A stretch of DNA of 64,000 nt from Nageia nagi (Eukaryota; Plantae; Pinophyta), in the NCBI GenBank assembly GCA_050084985.1, contig JBITNC010000002.1, forward strand, positions 7,812,001-7,876,000, written 5' to 3'. Both the position numbers and the translations under genes were made by a program. The notes under the pieces are model-generated. The model saw nothing but the letters and a program-made list of their open reading frames with translations, was not told where the DNA came from and did not search any database. Below are positions 13,833 to 27,091 of this stretch, piece by piece (within the stretch, counting starts at the first letter, position 1; every line of letters starts with the position of its first letter).

Positions 13833-14544
13833 TCAACATGCGCCATCATGAGAGCTCTAGAAGAAGGTATTAATGTATATTAAAATAATAGTTAAAAATG
13901 GTATTTTATCAAATATTATGGTCGCTAATGTTTCTGGTAAACATGTATCCAGGTGTGGAAGCATAGAAAGGCATAGGAATTGTTTGTTAAAATGCATGCA
14001 GAAGACCCATTTTCACAGATTGCAATGATCATGGGATATGCAGAGAATGAAATTTCTGAAAGGCTTAAAGACTTTTAAGCTGATGCAATTATCAAATGTA
14101 AAAGCCAAACTCTGTAACCTTTGCCAGCATTCTTCCCTGCATGTGCCATGATGGGAGTACTAGCAGAAGGTATGGGCATCCACCAAAGAGTAATTGAAAT
14201 GGTTTTGGATCGAATTTTATGGTTGTGAGCACCCTGATAGATGTATATGCAAAATATGAAAGCGTAAAGAAAGAAAATGAATTGTTTGACAAGATGCCTG
14301 ATACAGACACAGTTCTATGGACTGAAGCTATCAGAGGATAAGCAATTCATTGTTGTAGCAAGGAGGCACTTAAATTCTTTGATCTAACGAAGCACTGTGG
14401 GGGTTTAAACAACAAAAATTTTATACATGTTCTACTTGCACACAGCCATGCATTGTCTAGTGGATGAGGGAGGCAAATACTTTAATAGAACAAGTAATTC
14501 TTACTGTATTATTCCTGTAAGGAATAGTTATGCATGCGTTGTTG

Positions 14545-14548
<4 letters not shown>
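13833..14548 (+). pseudogene. PLS-class PPR gene fragment inside the LTR element (antisense to it)
   Basis: Translation across frameshifts: CAIMRALEEG...IAMIMGYAENE...KPNSVTFASIL(P)ACAMMGVLAEGMGIHQRVIE...FMVVSTLIDVYAKYESVKKENELFDKMPDTDTVLWTEAIRG*AIHCCSKEALKFF...LVDEGGKYFNRTSNSYCIIPVRNSYACVVDL. These are the C-terminal PLS motifs, ending at the start of the S2 motif. Confidence 0.93.

Positions 14549-14630
<82 letters not shown>
14548..14630. repeat. (AT)n microsatellite
   Basis: Pure AT run abutting the 3' end of the PPR fragment. Confidence 0.98.
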
Positions 14631-14637
<7 letters not shown>

Positions 14638-14922
14638 TAGTATTTATACTAAATTTTTTATTTTTAAATAAATAAATTTGATAAAACATTGCAAAATAAA
14701 TTAGCTATGAGCTTTCATTTTGCTAAACAAATCACACCAGAAAATCCAATCATAAATATTTTGTATTCATTTTTTTTTTTTTTTTAAATCTTAAAAACAA
14801 AGTTGTGCCTTTGAGAAAAGATGGCCTACCTCACCCTGATCGCTCCTTTTCTACGTGTTTGAATCAGATCATCAAGAAGATCTTTCACCAACAAGATTGA
14901 AACATCTTGTAATTGTTGGGAG

Positions 14923-14942
14923 GAGCCCTCCTTCTAGCGCCA
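14923..14942 (-). promoter_or_regulatory. Primer binding site complementary to tRNA-Asn
   Basis: Plus strand GAGCCCTCCTTCTAGCGCCA matches the 3' end (plus CCA) of plant cytosolic tRNA-Asn as recalled. It lies 3 nt from the 5' LTR. Confidence 0.85.
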
Positions 14943-14945
14943 AAA

Positions 14946-15987
14946 TGTGATCATAAAAAACAACCCTGTGCATAGACAAAGACAAACTAGATTTAAAACA
15001 AAATACTGATTTTATTATTCTCCATGAAAACCTCAATAGTTGTGTGAACAAATATATTGCTTTTTGAATTTTATAATATTTTTTGGGAGTCTTTTACAGA
15101 GATCTTATGCCCTACACAAGATGATCTTTATAACAATGATTTAAATCTAATATTCTGGGTTGAATTCTGATCGTTTTATCTAAAGAGAGTGCACTAGCCA
15201 TGCTTCAACATTCTTTGTTCTATCTTTAATGTCTTTGGACTCTGCAAATATACTAAAATACAAAGTATCACACCATACCTATTCATATATTAATCATGCA
15301 ACATAGAATAATTATTCCATAGCTGAAAAAGAAGGAAATAATTCATAGAACATATGCATCTTTATACTATCAAAATTGCAGCAACATTCTATCGAAAATC
15401 ACAGTAACATTCTGTCAAAATTGTAGCAGCATTTCTTTACTCCAAAAATGGGTCCCCTTGTTCATATACAGAGCTTATATTTATAAGCTCAACAGTTTGT
15501 TATTCATTTGTTTTGTCGTCACAAGATTCTAGGTAACATCCCGTACGAATTTTTGAGGTGTTATTATCTCAAATCCGCATCTATAATTCTAAATTACGCA
15601 TGCTAGGCTATTCTGGGCTTAGATTTGTCTATTTTTGAATTATTCAGGGATCTTTAATGATCCTAGAGGATCATCAACGATCGTATGGATCATCAACGAT
15701 CGTATTGGATCGTCAACAATCGTATTGGATCGTCAACGATTTTTCCACAGTTTTTATAATAATATTAAAGTGATCACCAAATGGTCATTTTTTAATGAAA
15801 AGGGGTCATATGACCACTCGTTTTGCATCTACTCGAAAAGATATATCCAATAATGAAGTTTTCAAGCTTGTTTGAGGCCTATATAAAGAGTTATTATTAT
15901 TTTAATATGATATATGTTAAAAAGATACTTGTTTTATTTATTTATATGTTGTTAAACTAGATGTAGGGTTTATTTTGTGTGTCTACA
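14946..15987 (-). repeat. 5' LTR (1042 bp) of the Tat/Ogre-like element
   Basis: Partner of 3005-4007. It is 39 bp longer because of two extra units of a 20-bp GATCGTCAACGATCGTATTG-type array. Confidence 0.95.
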
Positions 15988-18900
15988 CCATTGCAACCCC
16001 TAATTCCTTTAGTAATAATGGATTAGATTAGATATTTACTAGTATTTTAGATTAAGAATAGGATGTTAAGAGTTTATATGGGGATTTTGATAGCATAAAG
16101 TAAACAAAATTTAGAGATTTGAGGGATAAAATATATCACCAAGCCCCATTAAATAGATTCTTGGGCCTGGTGAGGGTTAGGGGACTTTCCATTTTGGCTA
16201 ACCTATTTTGCCAAACAAAATAGGCTCCTGATCAATATCAAAACTAGAGCTAACAATCTTGATAAGTTTAATATTTTTAATTTTGGTAAGTTTAGAGTCA
16301 CTCATGATTGTGTGCAATCACCTATGATTGAACTAGTTTGTCTAATATTTCTCCTAGGTCACCCAAATCCACTCCCACATCACCCATAATCGGATCACCT
16401 CACCTGTTACCATATTGGGTCGCCTAGGACTAGATTGAGTCACCCACAATTGGATCAGTCATGCAAGATTGAATTTTAGTAAAAATGATCATGATTTTTG
16501 CTTTTGCTAAATGGTGGATAATTATTAGAAAGGGTTCCTGTGACTAATCGATTTGTATGTACTTGATGAGATCTATCTAATAATTCACTTATTATGTCAT
16601 TTACAAGATACATTAAATATTTATTTATTAAATAAGGATTAAAGGATGCCCATTTTAAGACAAATGGCATCCATTAGTGAATAAAATTATGTCTATTGGT
16701 GGACCAATGATATCTATTTTAAGTTAATGGTGTGCATTTTGGATTAATGAGACTAGTTTTAGGATTAATTAGGCTTATTTATATACAAGCAATGTTTGTT
16801 GGAGATGAATGATATCAATTTTTGGTACAAATGATGTACATTAGTGAATAAATGATGTTGGGTATAAAGGTGCCAACAAGGTTACACACACCTATACACA
16901 TGATCATGAAAGTGGTTATTTGGGTGTCTACACTTTATATATCCATAATTCATCTTCTACTAAGGTAATAACTCATTCTATATAACCATTCCAACATTCC
17001 ATATGGTTTAATATCCACTCGTTCTATGAAGTGTATAGTAAACACCACAAGAAAGCTTATATGTTTCATATATCATTTTTTTCTAAAATATCACATGCCC
17101 TCCTTTCATACCCATAATCATAAGTTCAAAAATTCTACTAATCTCATAATACTAAGAGATATAACTACTCCTTGAGAAGAAAGAAAATTAGGTCACATAT
17201 CCATCAAACACAAATCAACATCTAGTAAAACTTGATGAGTTGAAACTCCCTTGAGAAATTAATAGGCTATGAATTCTTAATAGAAATTAGTTTCCTTATC
17301 TACATGCACCTCATATCACTATATGTTAATACATTATTTTAGCCTTATTTTAATATCTAATAATTATCAATTTTAATTTGTATGGTAATGTACCCAATGT
17401 TACCATAAAATAATAACCTTGATATACATACTATAGGTAAAACAATATAATAAACAAATAAGTTTACCCCACATTTTATAATTCCATTGCACATCTTAAC
17501 CACCTATATTATTTCCTAGGTCCATTATACCTCTAAATACCCTAGTGATTGGGGAATCTCATGTATACCCTTCATTCCTTTCTTTTTCAACCATATTGTA
17601 TAACCATATTATCTCCCTTATTATACTAGCATTGCTTTATTTCTTACCTTGTCCATACCCTAATTAATTCTCTTTCTCTTTTAGAGACCATTGCATCATC
17701 CTTTGAGATTCCTCTCTTTATCAAGAAAATCCTCAACTTAGTCTTATTATATCCTTCTCAATTCATCACTTCAGGGATAAGTAAAATCACCATAATTGTG
17801 TTAACTTAATCCCATATCATTTCTAATACATATCATAAAAGAATAAGTTAATCACAACCTTCAACCAATGTCAAGAGTTATATAAAAATTAAGAAGTGTG
17901 TGAGATCAAAATAAAAAAATACAATCACTACATGCACTAGATTTGTTTACCCATAACACAACATAAAAAAAGGATGAAATGTCAAGATTAAAATTATACA
18001 CCCCTAAATTCCCCACTCATACCTTATTCCATTCCCTTCAACCTAACATTCAAATCACTTATTCTAGTCCTTACCATTCCAATGATACAACCTAATAAAT
18101 AACAATAACTATAAAAGGTAAGGAATTTAAAAATATAAAATAATTACATTATCATCCTACATGGACCCCACCTAAATATTTAAATACAAGAAAATTTCAC
18201 CTACTTTACAAATCCCCATAAACATATCCTATATTTAATAGCACATTTCCATATTCCTCCATTTACCCTTAAAATCCTCCTTAACCATCATCTTACAATC
18301 TAATAATACCTCTAACCCATTTATAATTCCACTCTCTATCAATACATATGTGGTCTTAAGTTCATAAAATATTCTCTAAATCTATATTTATATTAATCAC
18401 CTCAATAAAATTCCCTCACCACTATAATCTTCCTTTAAAACCTCTTCCTAATCTTAACTCCCATAAATACCCCATATCCCATCAAATCATGTTAGGTATA
18501 AACCCATCCTACTCACTTCTAAGAACTCATAATCCCATCATAACCCCATATTAACATGTACATTATTATATTTCTTAGAGCCCCAAAAAAGACCCATACA
18601 TATGGACTAATCAATTTTAAACCCCTAAACTAACAATTAATTTAACCCTCATTCTCTTGAACCCATCCATGAGCTTCACCTATAAAAAATGAGGAACCCC
18701 CTCCCGTGAAATGCATTGAATTTTGAATGAATTTGGTCCCTCACACTATTACCTATCATCATAAGAGTTAGAATCATTAATTATCTTAATTTTTATATCA
18801 ACTCCATAGCAAAAATATTACTATAATATAATGACTACATTTAATCAATCCTCTATCCTTAATCTAGTTTCTAACATTCATGGTTTTTGCATCGAATATT

Positions 18901-19671
18901 AGCTTATGGATGTTTATTTTATGTTTATGATTGTAAATTATAGATTCATCAATCAAAGGAGTTGTAGATTATTCTCAAGGCACCTTATTATGGATAGAAT
19001 CTATTTGCATTTCCATTTTTGAAGAAGAATTACTCATGACAAACCATATAGACAATTCTGTATAGCTTAAAAATTATATATACAATTTTCGCCAACTAAA
19101 AGGTAATAGCATTTTAATCCACCATCACATATATTTGATGTAGAAAGGTTAAAATGCAAGTATAATATGTCATGTTGAGTTTTACTTATCTTTTAATTTT
19201 ATGGCTTTAATTCTTTCACCAAACTTTAAAGTTTAAATAGTCAATAGGACTTATTGCTTGAAATGTCCAAAACAAACCCCAATCAAAATTGCTAACAACT
19301 TTTTATTCCTATTTTACAAATACATAGTATTATTAAAAGGCATCAACATAAACCTTTTTATTTTTTAATGTAGATTTATGAAATTAAAGCTCATTAATAT
19401 ATGTAAATCTTTATAAATATCTTTTAATGAACATTAAAATAATATTAATATTTAATCATAAACACTTAATTTATCCGTAATTTTATTTGCAAATATTTGT
19501 TGAAATATTGCATACATCTATTCCTAGGATAAACACTTCAACCTTCAAAACTCTCGCATTCATAATTCTTTAAGTTAAATCTTCTAGTTCACAATTACTT
19601 TGTTATTCATTCTTACTGTTGAATCACCAACTTTTAAGTCTTCCTTCAACAATTTGAAGATTGAATCATAC

Positions 19672-19722
19672 TCATTCCTCTATCTGCTTTGCCAATGCCA
19701 TAAGACACAAATTTTTTTCAAC
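19672..19722 (-). CDS. Candidate terminal coding exon of an unidentified host gene (VEKNLCLMALAKQIEE*)
   Basis: Preceded on minus by TCTGATTGAGTCGTTTTAG (branch-point-like plus AG acceptor). In frame with the 20115-20172 exon if the GAC|GTAAGG donor is used. Ends in TGA. Confidence 0.45.
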   Translation of the reverse strand, partial: VEKNLCLMALAKQIEE

Positions 19723-20114
19723 CTAAAACGACTCAATCAGACAGAAACTTTATAGATAAGTACTGTACTGTTTGAACCGTTTTAAGTTGACCAAATTATG
19801 TTATCCCTCACTTGGGACGAACTGTTCAACACTGAACTGGGTCAAAAAGAATCTTCAATCTAATATAATCTAGTCTGCAAATTATGGAATATTTGTCTTT
19901 GGTTGATGATTATGATAAAATTTGCTGGTGGTAAGTCATTTCAGAATATTTAAATCCCTTTTGCCTGGGAGGACACCATGATTCTTGCCTCCTCCAAGTT
20001 ATCAGCCAAAACATTTTTTATTTGCAAAGAATTATAGTTTACTATAGATCAGGGCAGACGGATGTCTGCATGCTCTCAGGCATTGGGTCCACTGTGTAAA
20101 CAAACATACCTTAC

Positions 20115-20172
20115 GTCTTTTATTTTTGGACCGGCTTCTGACCCTATACCACACGCGATACTATAACGTGAC
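20115..20172 (-). CDS. Candidate internal coding exon of an unidentified host gene (SRYSIACGIGSEAGPKIKD)
   Basis: Acceptor TTCTTTTTTGAAACGTTTGCATCACAG. Donor GTAAGG at 20114, or alternative GTATGT at 20109. Only one of three frames is open. Local GC and CpG enrichment unlike the surrounding TE DNA. Confidence 0.6.
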
Positions 20173-20651
20173 CTGTGATGCAAACGTTTCAAAAAAGAAC
20201 ACTGAGAAGAGAATGGCGTTATCTGGTCGACTGTAACTTCTACCATGAGTATCCAAATTAATAGTATCTTAAAGATGCTATAAAAAATTGCTCAAAGCAG
20301 ATGCAAATGTGATAAACTAGACAATCCTATGCAGGGTTGTAGTTTTAAATTTTGTTATAAGAACAATCCTCAGAAACGACTCTTACCAGTGTTGAACACA
20401 GTTTTGTGCAAATATTTGATATTATATTACCCATAATCCTCATTTGAAATCTAGATATATATGATTTAAAAAATTGGTAACATATTAAATGAATTTATTA
20501 TTAAATTTGCTTTGAAAATTGTTTTTTTATTATTTGTAATCCATTAAATAAGTTTAGTTTCTTTTCTTGAAATAGTGTATATCATATGTTATGTTATGAT
20601 GATATGTTATATTATTATTATTATTATTAATAAGTTGTTTTAGGTTGTGAC

Positions 20652-20754
20652 GGGAGTTGGTGAGAAAGTGGGTTGTTAAAACTCTCAAGAGGTAAAAAAG
20701 AGGAGAGTTGATAAGAAAGTGGGTTGTTAAAACTTTCAAGTGGAAAAAATGAGG
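20652..20754. repeat. About 51-bp tandem duplication
   Basis: GAGTTG.T.AGAAAGTGGGTTGTTAAAACT.TCAAG.GG.AAAAA.GAGG occurs twice. Confidence 0.8.
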
Positions 20755-21729
20755 CTCCATGTTCAAATCTTTCCCCCTCACATGCATGGTATCTAAAAGC
20801 CTATCGAGTTATGATAGGTGCAAATGAGGCATGAATCGTACCCTGATAGATTTTAATGATGTGGATAACCTTCAAACATTCACTCGAAACCCAAGATAAA
20901 TAGTACTCGGAAGAAAAATTCTCCCTTACAAGATGATTTATCCAAAAATTATATAAATAAATAAAATAAAATATCATTTACAAATAAAAAATTAATTATC
21001 TTCATAGAAACCAACAAACTATAAATTAAACATGAAGAGTTAATATTTCAAAAGGAAGCATATGTTAACAATAATATACACAATAAATTGTTATAGAGAA
21101 TAACATATCATTTATTTAAATGTTGTGAAAAATAATCTTCTTACATATAAATAAACTTCATTGAATAAGCTACTTAATGCTATGAAAAATATTTTCCAAT
21201 TTTCAATTAACTTCTTGAAATACTCCACATCCGTAACATTAGTATTTGTAATAGCACCATCTTAATAGTAATAATTTTATTAGAACATGCACAACCATAT
21301 GTAAATAAGTAATAGTTTTAATTTTTTAAACATCTAATAGAAAAAATTAAATCACGCTTCTTTTTTTCTTTTATAGAAACCATCTTTTGAGAGGAGTCAC
21401 CTTCTATTTAGAGGTAGCAATTAAGTCTGAATCCAAGATTTCTCTACATCTACTAAAACTTAATATTTTTATTAAGAGAATTTAAATACTAATTTACTTC
21501 TAACTTCTCTAATGTGAACTCATATAATTCACACTTTTAATTAATGATGAAATCATTTGTATTAATTATTTCAATTTTTATATAGATATTTGAAATTGGA
21601 TTTGGAAGATAAATAATAGTAGTAACTTATCCAAAATATATATTATAGTCAAATGCATATAATGGATATGATAAATAATATCTATGACATAAATCATAAA
21701 TAAATAATAAACCTAAATATTGGATCAAA

Positions 21730-22208
21730 CCTATAGAAAGTATTGATTGAATTTTTATAAAATCATTAGTTTATTAGTCAAGAGGGTTCATTCCTATAAT
21801 CAAAATGTCAATTTCTTACTAAAAATAATGCTAAAGTATTAATATAAGAGGTAATGTAATAAATTTTTAATTTTAAGTAATAAGTGTCTTTATTTATAAG
21901 AAATGAGGATCACAAGATCACCTAATCCTTAGCGATACAAATGATTATTAGCTTCTACCCCTAGTTCTTGCTTATGTTGCTTTGTTTCTCTCTTTTATTA
22001 ACTTGTTTTAGTCTTTATTCATCACATCTAATGCCACTTCTAAAGAGATATATTATTTCTATTATGATGTTCCTAAACAAATACCTTATATTTGTTAAGT
22101 TTGAAATTAGCTCCATTAGTTAGTCTCCTCTATTCATCAAGTTGTTCTGTCTTCATTCTTATATCACCAAATATGACTATCGAGGTTTATTTGCCAAGTT
22201 TTATAACT
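21730..22208. repeat. Old direct repeat (probable LTR segment), partner of 60788-61248
   Basis: Collinear similarity of roughly 70-75% by eye. Shared blocks include TTCCTATAATC.AAATGT, CTAAAGTATTAA, TTTCTCTCTTTTATTAACTT and TTATATCACCAAATATGA. Termini not resolved. Confidence 0.8.
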
Positions 22209-24435
22209 ATTGATCGAGATTGTATAAAATTCACATGTATCACAACCAATTAAGTCACTAAGGATAAACTACTTTTTATTGTTCAACCTCTGGTATGAAG
22301 ATTGATGCCTTATCTATTGAGCTAGAGCCCTTTTAGGGGAGGTTCTACTACACTTCTTTTTGAAAACATAGGGTACATGAAAGAGATAAAAGACAAGAGT
22401 ACAGGAAATTAATTAAAATTAACATCCTTGACTAGCTTAGGCATCCTCAAGTAGAATGGTTGGAAGGACATGCAAATTAATAACCACAAATTGTATCATC
22501 TTAACTAGTAATCCTAGCTAGATATAACACTAGCTTAGAATTCATCCATGAAGCTATGAAGCATACACAAAGAAGGCATACATAATAATTTAAGCACACA
22601 CATGAAAAAATAACTAATGAAAGGTTAAACATGTAATACTTTTATTTAAACAATAGTCTTAGTAACATTACAGAGGGAAAACACTTAAATGTTTGATCCT
22701 TATTACATTGGATCATCTTATATTTATAGGCAAAATTGCATCAAAATAACTTAACTAACGTTAGGTTCTAACTATTGCTAACAATTTTCAATTGATTACA
22801 TCAATGCTAGCCTTTAAATAAAACTAAATTTAAATCTTAGAAAAATCTTTAAGAATACTGAATTCTTCCCTTCATGTGGCATGCATGATTTTACTAGCCC
22901 AATTATGTTCTTTCAATGCTCATTTCCTTAAGATAACTCCTCTTATGGTTAACACCATTGTAAATGTATCTCCTTCATCAAAGGTTGCTTTAGGAACATC
23001 ATCAGGTGAGTTTAATGGCCATATAGGTCCTTGCATATCTAATCATAGCTTAATTCTAATTTTTTTCCTCCTTTTGATCATTAGAATTATAGTTGTTAAT
23101 ATCATCACTTCTTAGAATTAGTTCAAAATTAGTTGTTGAAACCTTATTTATTCGTCACCTCAGTTTACTTACTATTTAGACTCGTGCATGCCTTTTTCAT
23201 ATTTATAATTAGGCTTTGAATCCTTACTAGGTTTCCAACTCCATATTATTGATTTCATTATTCTCTTTTATTTGAGATTAGTGCAAAACTAGTTGTTCTA
23301 CTCTTGCTAACATCATCACTTTAGCTGACTAATTATCCAAACCTTTGCATATATTTTCTACTTCTGTATTGTAGTTCTAAATCCTTCTTGAGGCTATACT
23401 TAATGTTGCTAAATTCATTCACTTATGATAGTCAAAATTATTTCAAATTCTACTTGCTTGGTTTAGGTGATGTCACTTCATTCCTTGCTCATGTTCTTCA
23501 TTTCACCATTTCACTAGTTGGACCTTCATTTGTTAGGTCTTGATGTCATTCAAGAGGAACTCCTAAGGCCTTTATTATTTTTCTTCATTGACACTGAACT
23601 CCTAAGGCCTTTATTATTTTTCTTCATTGACACTACTCCTTGCCTTGGTTTATGTCATGTTTTTCATCTATCCATAGTTAGACCTTTTTTAGAACCCTAA
23701 CATGAGCATCTTATTACATCCAACGATGGTCAATTTTCCTTGAGTTATTTACTTGTCCTCTACCCATCAAATCTTGAAGTCATCACTTATGCACTCCTAG
23801 ACTTAGAGCATTTAAAAGCCTTTGACTTACTAGATAATTTGATTATTCTTATTGTTGAAGCTAGCATCCAAAATTTCTCCTTTTTCTTGTGTTGAAGATT
23901 TGACTAAGTTCTAGGAAGAGTTTCTATAGTACACACTCTACAATTTCATACTTATGTCATAAAAATAATATTCATAAAATAAAAACTTATTTATTCTATT
24001 ATTTACATATACATTTGGCAAATTTAAGGGGATATTTTTACCACAAAATCCTAGAACTCAAATTGAACTAACTTCCTTGCTGCATATTGTAATGTCTCCA
24101 ATTTGTAAGGCTTTACTCATTTTTGGTTTTAAGGAGATTACATATTCTACAAGCTATGAATGGATGTTCCAACAGTTGGAATGGAAAGAGGACCTCATGC
24201 TAATCATTTTGATAGGTTATAAAACCTAATTTTAATAAGAAATGAGGAATATATGGTACTTTAAAGTTCACCTACCAAGATAATATGATCATATCGCACA
24301 TGCATGGGAATTTGTGATTTACTTTCATTTGAGAGTGATGTCCATCCTCTAAGGATGTGCAATTGATATTTTATTAATCCAAGTCTAATTTATATTTGAT
24401 TAGGAATATTTTAATGTAATTTTACTTGGATATCC

Positions 24436-27091
24436 TATTAGTCACACAATGACATTGAGAGGGCAGGTGCATCAGTATTTTAAACTTTAAACTTAAATCT
24501 TGAGTGCTTAAAACCAATGCAATGAAAACTAAAATAAAACAAACCAAGAACATTAAGGAAAAGTCATATAATGTGAAAAATAATGAGGTTCATTATTTAA
24601 TATACATCCATATAAATGATTTCTTTGATTTTCATCTAAATTCAATCTTTGTAAAGTAGCAACTCTAGAAATAATTTATTGGAACCAACCAAAAGGAGAA
24701 CCAACCCCTATGTTTTGCAGCATCCACTACAAGGAGCACCAAGCACCCACTTGGTCTTCAAACCTAGATTACAATTTTGACATAAAAATGCCTTCTCTAT
24801 TAATAGATCATTCTCTGATCTTTAGCTCATCAAACTTGATCAACTCAATTATTTCTCTTAATAATATGCATTCAATCTTCATAGTCACTATTCTGCCCAC
24901 ATTAAAATTGGTTACAATGTACTCATTAATGATAAACTTCTTTGATTACCATCTAGAAATTCATGTATCTCTACTTGCCTTAACACTTATTGATCTCATT
25001 GCTTATTTGATCATCAACACTTTCAACCCTGGCATCATCTTTTCACACATGCGCCTTCACTAGACATTAACTTTGATCATTGATTATCTTTCTCACACCA
25101 CCAAGCATCACTCTCTCAATACATACAACACACCCTTGACTAATGCATGCACATTACATTAACTATACTCATTTTCATTTATAATTCAACTATACACTTA
25201 TTCACTCTATTGTCTTCCTATTGGTTGCATGCTCAATTCACATGTTCCCATTAGTTGCATACTAATCGCTTCTTCTCATTGGTTGCATGCATCAATTTTG
25301 CTTTATTCAATTCATGCAACTATATATGGATGCATCTTATTGTATTCAACTTGAGATTGATTAATTTTCCAAGTTTTTTCTTTAACTTTCATGGTTACCT
25401 TTTAATCTTTGACCACACAACCACCTTCATCACCACACAAAACTTTACTCGTCTACATAAGGATATTCTTCTCCACATAAAAATTTTAACTTTGAAATGT
25501 TGGACATCTTCATAACATGTTAAGCTTCTACATAAGGCCTTTGATTTCCACATAAGACATTTCATCATTGCATAATACTATATCTATCTGCATAAGCTCA
25601 TCTATGTCCACATAAGCCTTGTTTTGTCTGCATAATCTCCACATAAACCCTCATCTATCACTTCAGCTCCAGTTCGATACCTTAGCTTCTTGCTGACACT
25701 TAGACTCTGTTATTGGCATGGTTCACATCCTATGTATATACATCAATGGCTAAGACTTCTTTCTTGGTACTTGAAACTCACACCTGATATCTTAACTCCT
25801 TTTTTGGTGAATTTACCAAACATATTCACTCTATTCTAGTTCCTATACCACCTTCACGATGCTAAGACTCCCTTATCAACACCTAACCTTGCTTGACCAT
25901 TCCATGTGTTGATTTTTTGCCCCTACACATGGTCATTGATGCCTTATCTTCTTATTGGTTCTTGATCATCCACATAACTACTTTCCTATCTGCATAATAC
26001 TGGAGTCTATTGCATAAGATTTAATATGGTGCCTTGGAATGCTTATCGATCTCTATACATTCTTGCATCTACTTCCATGTATTTCTTATTAGTGCTTTAA
26101 GATCATTTTTTAGCATTGAATCTTCCATTTTTGACCTATTTCAAGACCTCTACATAACCATATAACCTATTTCACCTTTGCATAACTTATTTCATCTTTG
26201 CATAGCCACTTGGACCTCTACATAAGCTACTATATCCCCACATAATGCATTTTTCCATTGCATAAGGTAGGTATCCATCACATAACACATGTTTCCACTA
26301 CATAATCTACTTGAATATTTTCATAATACATGCCTTCTTTGTATAAGACCTAAAGTTACCTCATAAGCTAGTCAACCACCACATAAGCTAGTAAACCACC
26401 TCATAGGCTAGTATCTATCCACACAAGCCCTTTATTAACTATACAAGCTCATTATTCTTTGCATAAGCTCCTTTTTTTCTATACAATATAATAACTAACT
26501 ACATAATCCCATTCTTTTCTGTACAACATCTTGAATCTTTGCATGGGGTATGAGATATATGTTGCTTCTCTACATAAAACCTTGGATGTTTGCACAAGCT
26601 TATTATTATTTGCATAATTATGATCTTCTTCGAATAAGGAATTTGATGTATTTTGAGCTAGGAATTGGTAGGAAAAATAAATGGCTATAATAATTTTGAA
26701 TTTGAATTTTGAGCCTTAGAAACATATGAAGGAAGCTTTTGCTATCTATAATTTATAAACCATATCTTGGTTGAGATGTTGTTAAAAGAAAATTTAGAGA
26801 TTTTTGTAATAGCTATCTAACCATATCCTCAGAAATAAAAATAAATGTAGTATGACTCTAATATTTGATATGATAATTATTAAGGGTTTTATATGGAAAT
26901 GATGTAGTTCACCTATGGAAAACAACACTTAACATATTTGACTCCATGGTTACTTCATCATTACCCATCACTGAATGACTATAATGACTGCAATGTTTAA
27001 CTTTGTGGTAGCAAATTAGGCAAATAAACTCCTCTAAGAGAAATGATCCTTTGAAAATAATGAGAAAACCAACATAAGCATATGGCCAATA
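24436..27091 (-). repeat. 3' LTR of element B
   Basis: Begins TATTAGTCAC (decayed TG) and ends GGCCAATA. Collinear with 30888-33581. Confidence 0.9.

Larger units (their letters stand above)
3005..15987 (-). mobile_element. Full-length non-autonomous Ty3/gypsy (Tat/Ogre-like) LTR retrotransposon
   Basis: Direct repeats 3005-4007 and 14946-15987, both TG...CA. Flanks CCACT (3000-3004) and CCATT (15988-15992) form a 5-bp TSD with 1 mismatch. PBS and PPT adjoin the LTRs in minus orientation. Gag-protease on minus; no RT, RNase H or integrase found. Confidence 0.93.

Noticed and set aside
14427-14675. 82-aa ORF with a YIYIYI run
   Set aside because: Read-through of the PPR pseudogene end into an (AT)n microsatellite, not a real protein.
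14923-14942. Possible tRNA-Asn gene
   Set aside because: Only the 3' 20 nt including CCA are present next to an LTR. It is a PBS, with no cloverleaf.
16000-19500. Degenerate repeats and strand-biased sequence suggesting old TE remains
   Set aside because: No diagnostic motif, terminus or reading frame could be established by eye.
19946-20043. Possible extra exon (NVLADNLEEARIMVSSQ) on minus
   Set aside because: No phase-compatible acceptor with the upstream exon and no good GT donor. It runs into a stop.
20054-20069. Perfect hairpin GCAGAC-GGAT-GTCTGC
   Set aside because: A 6-bp stem is expected by chance in 64 kb.
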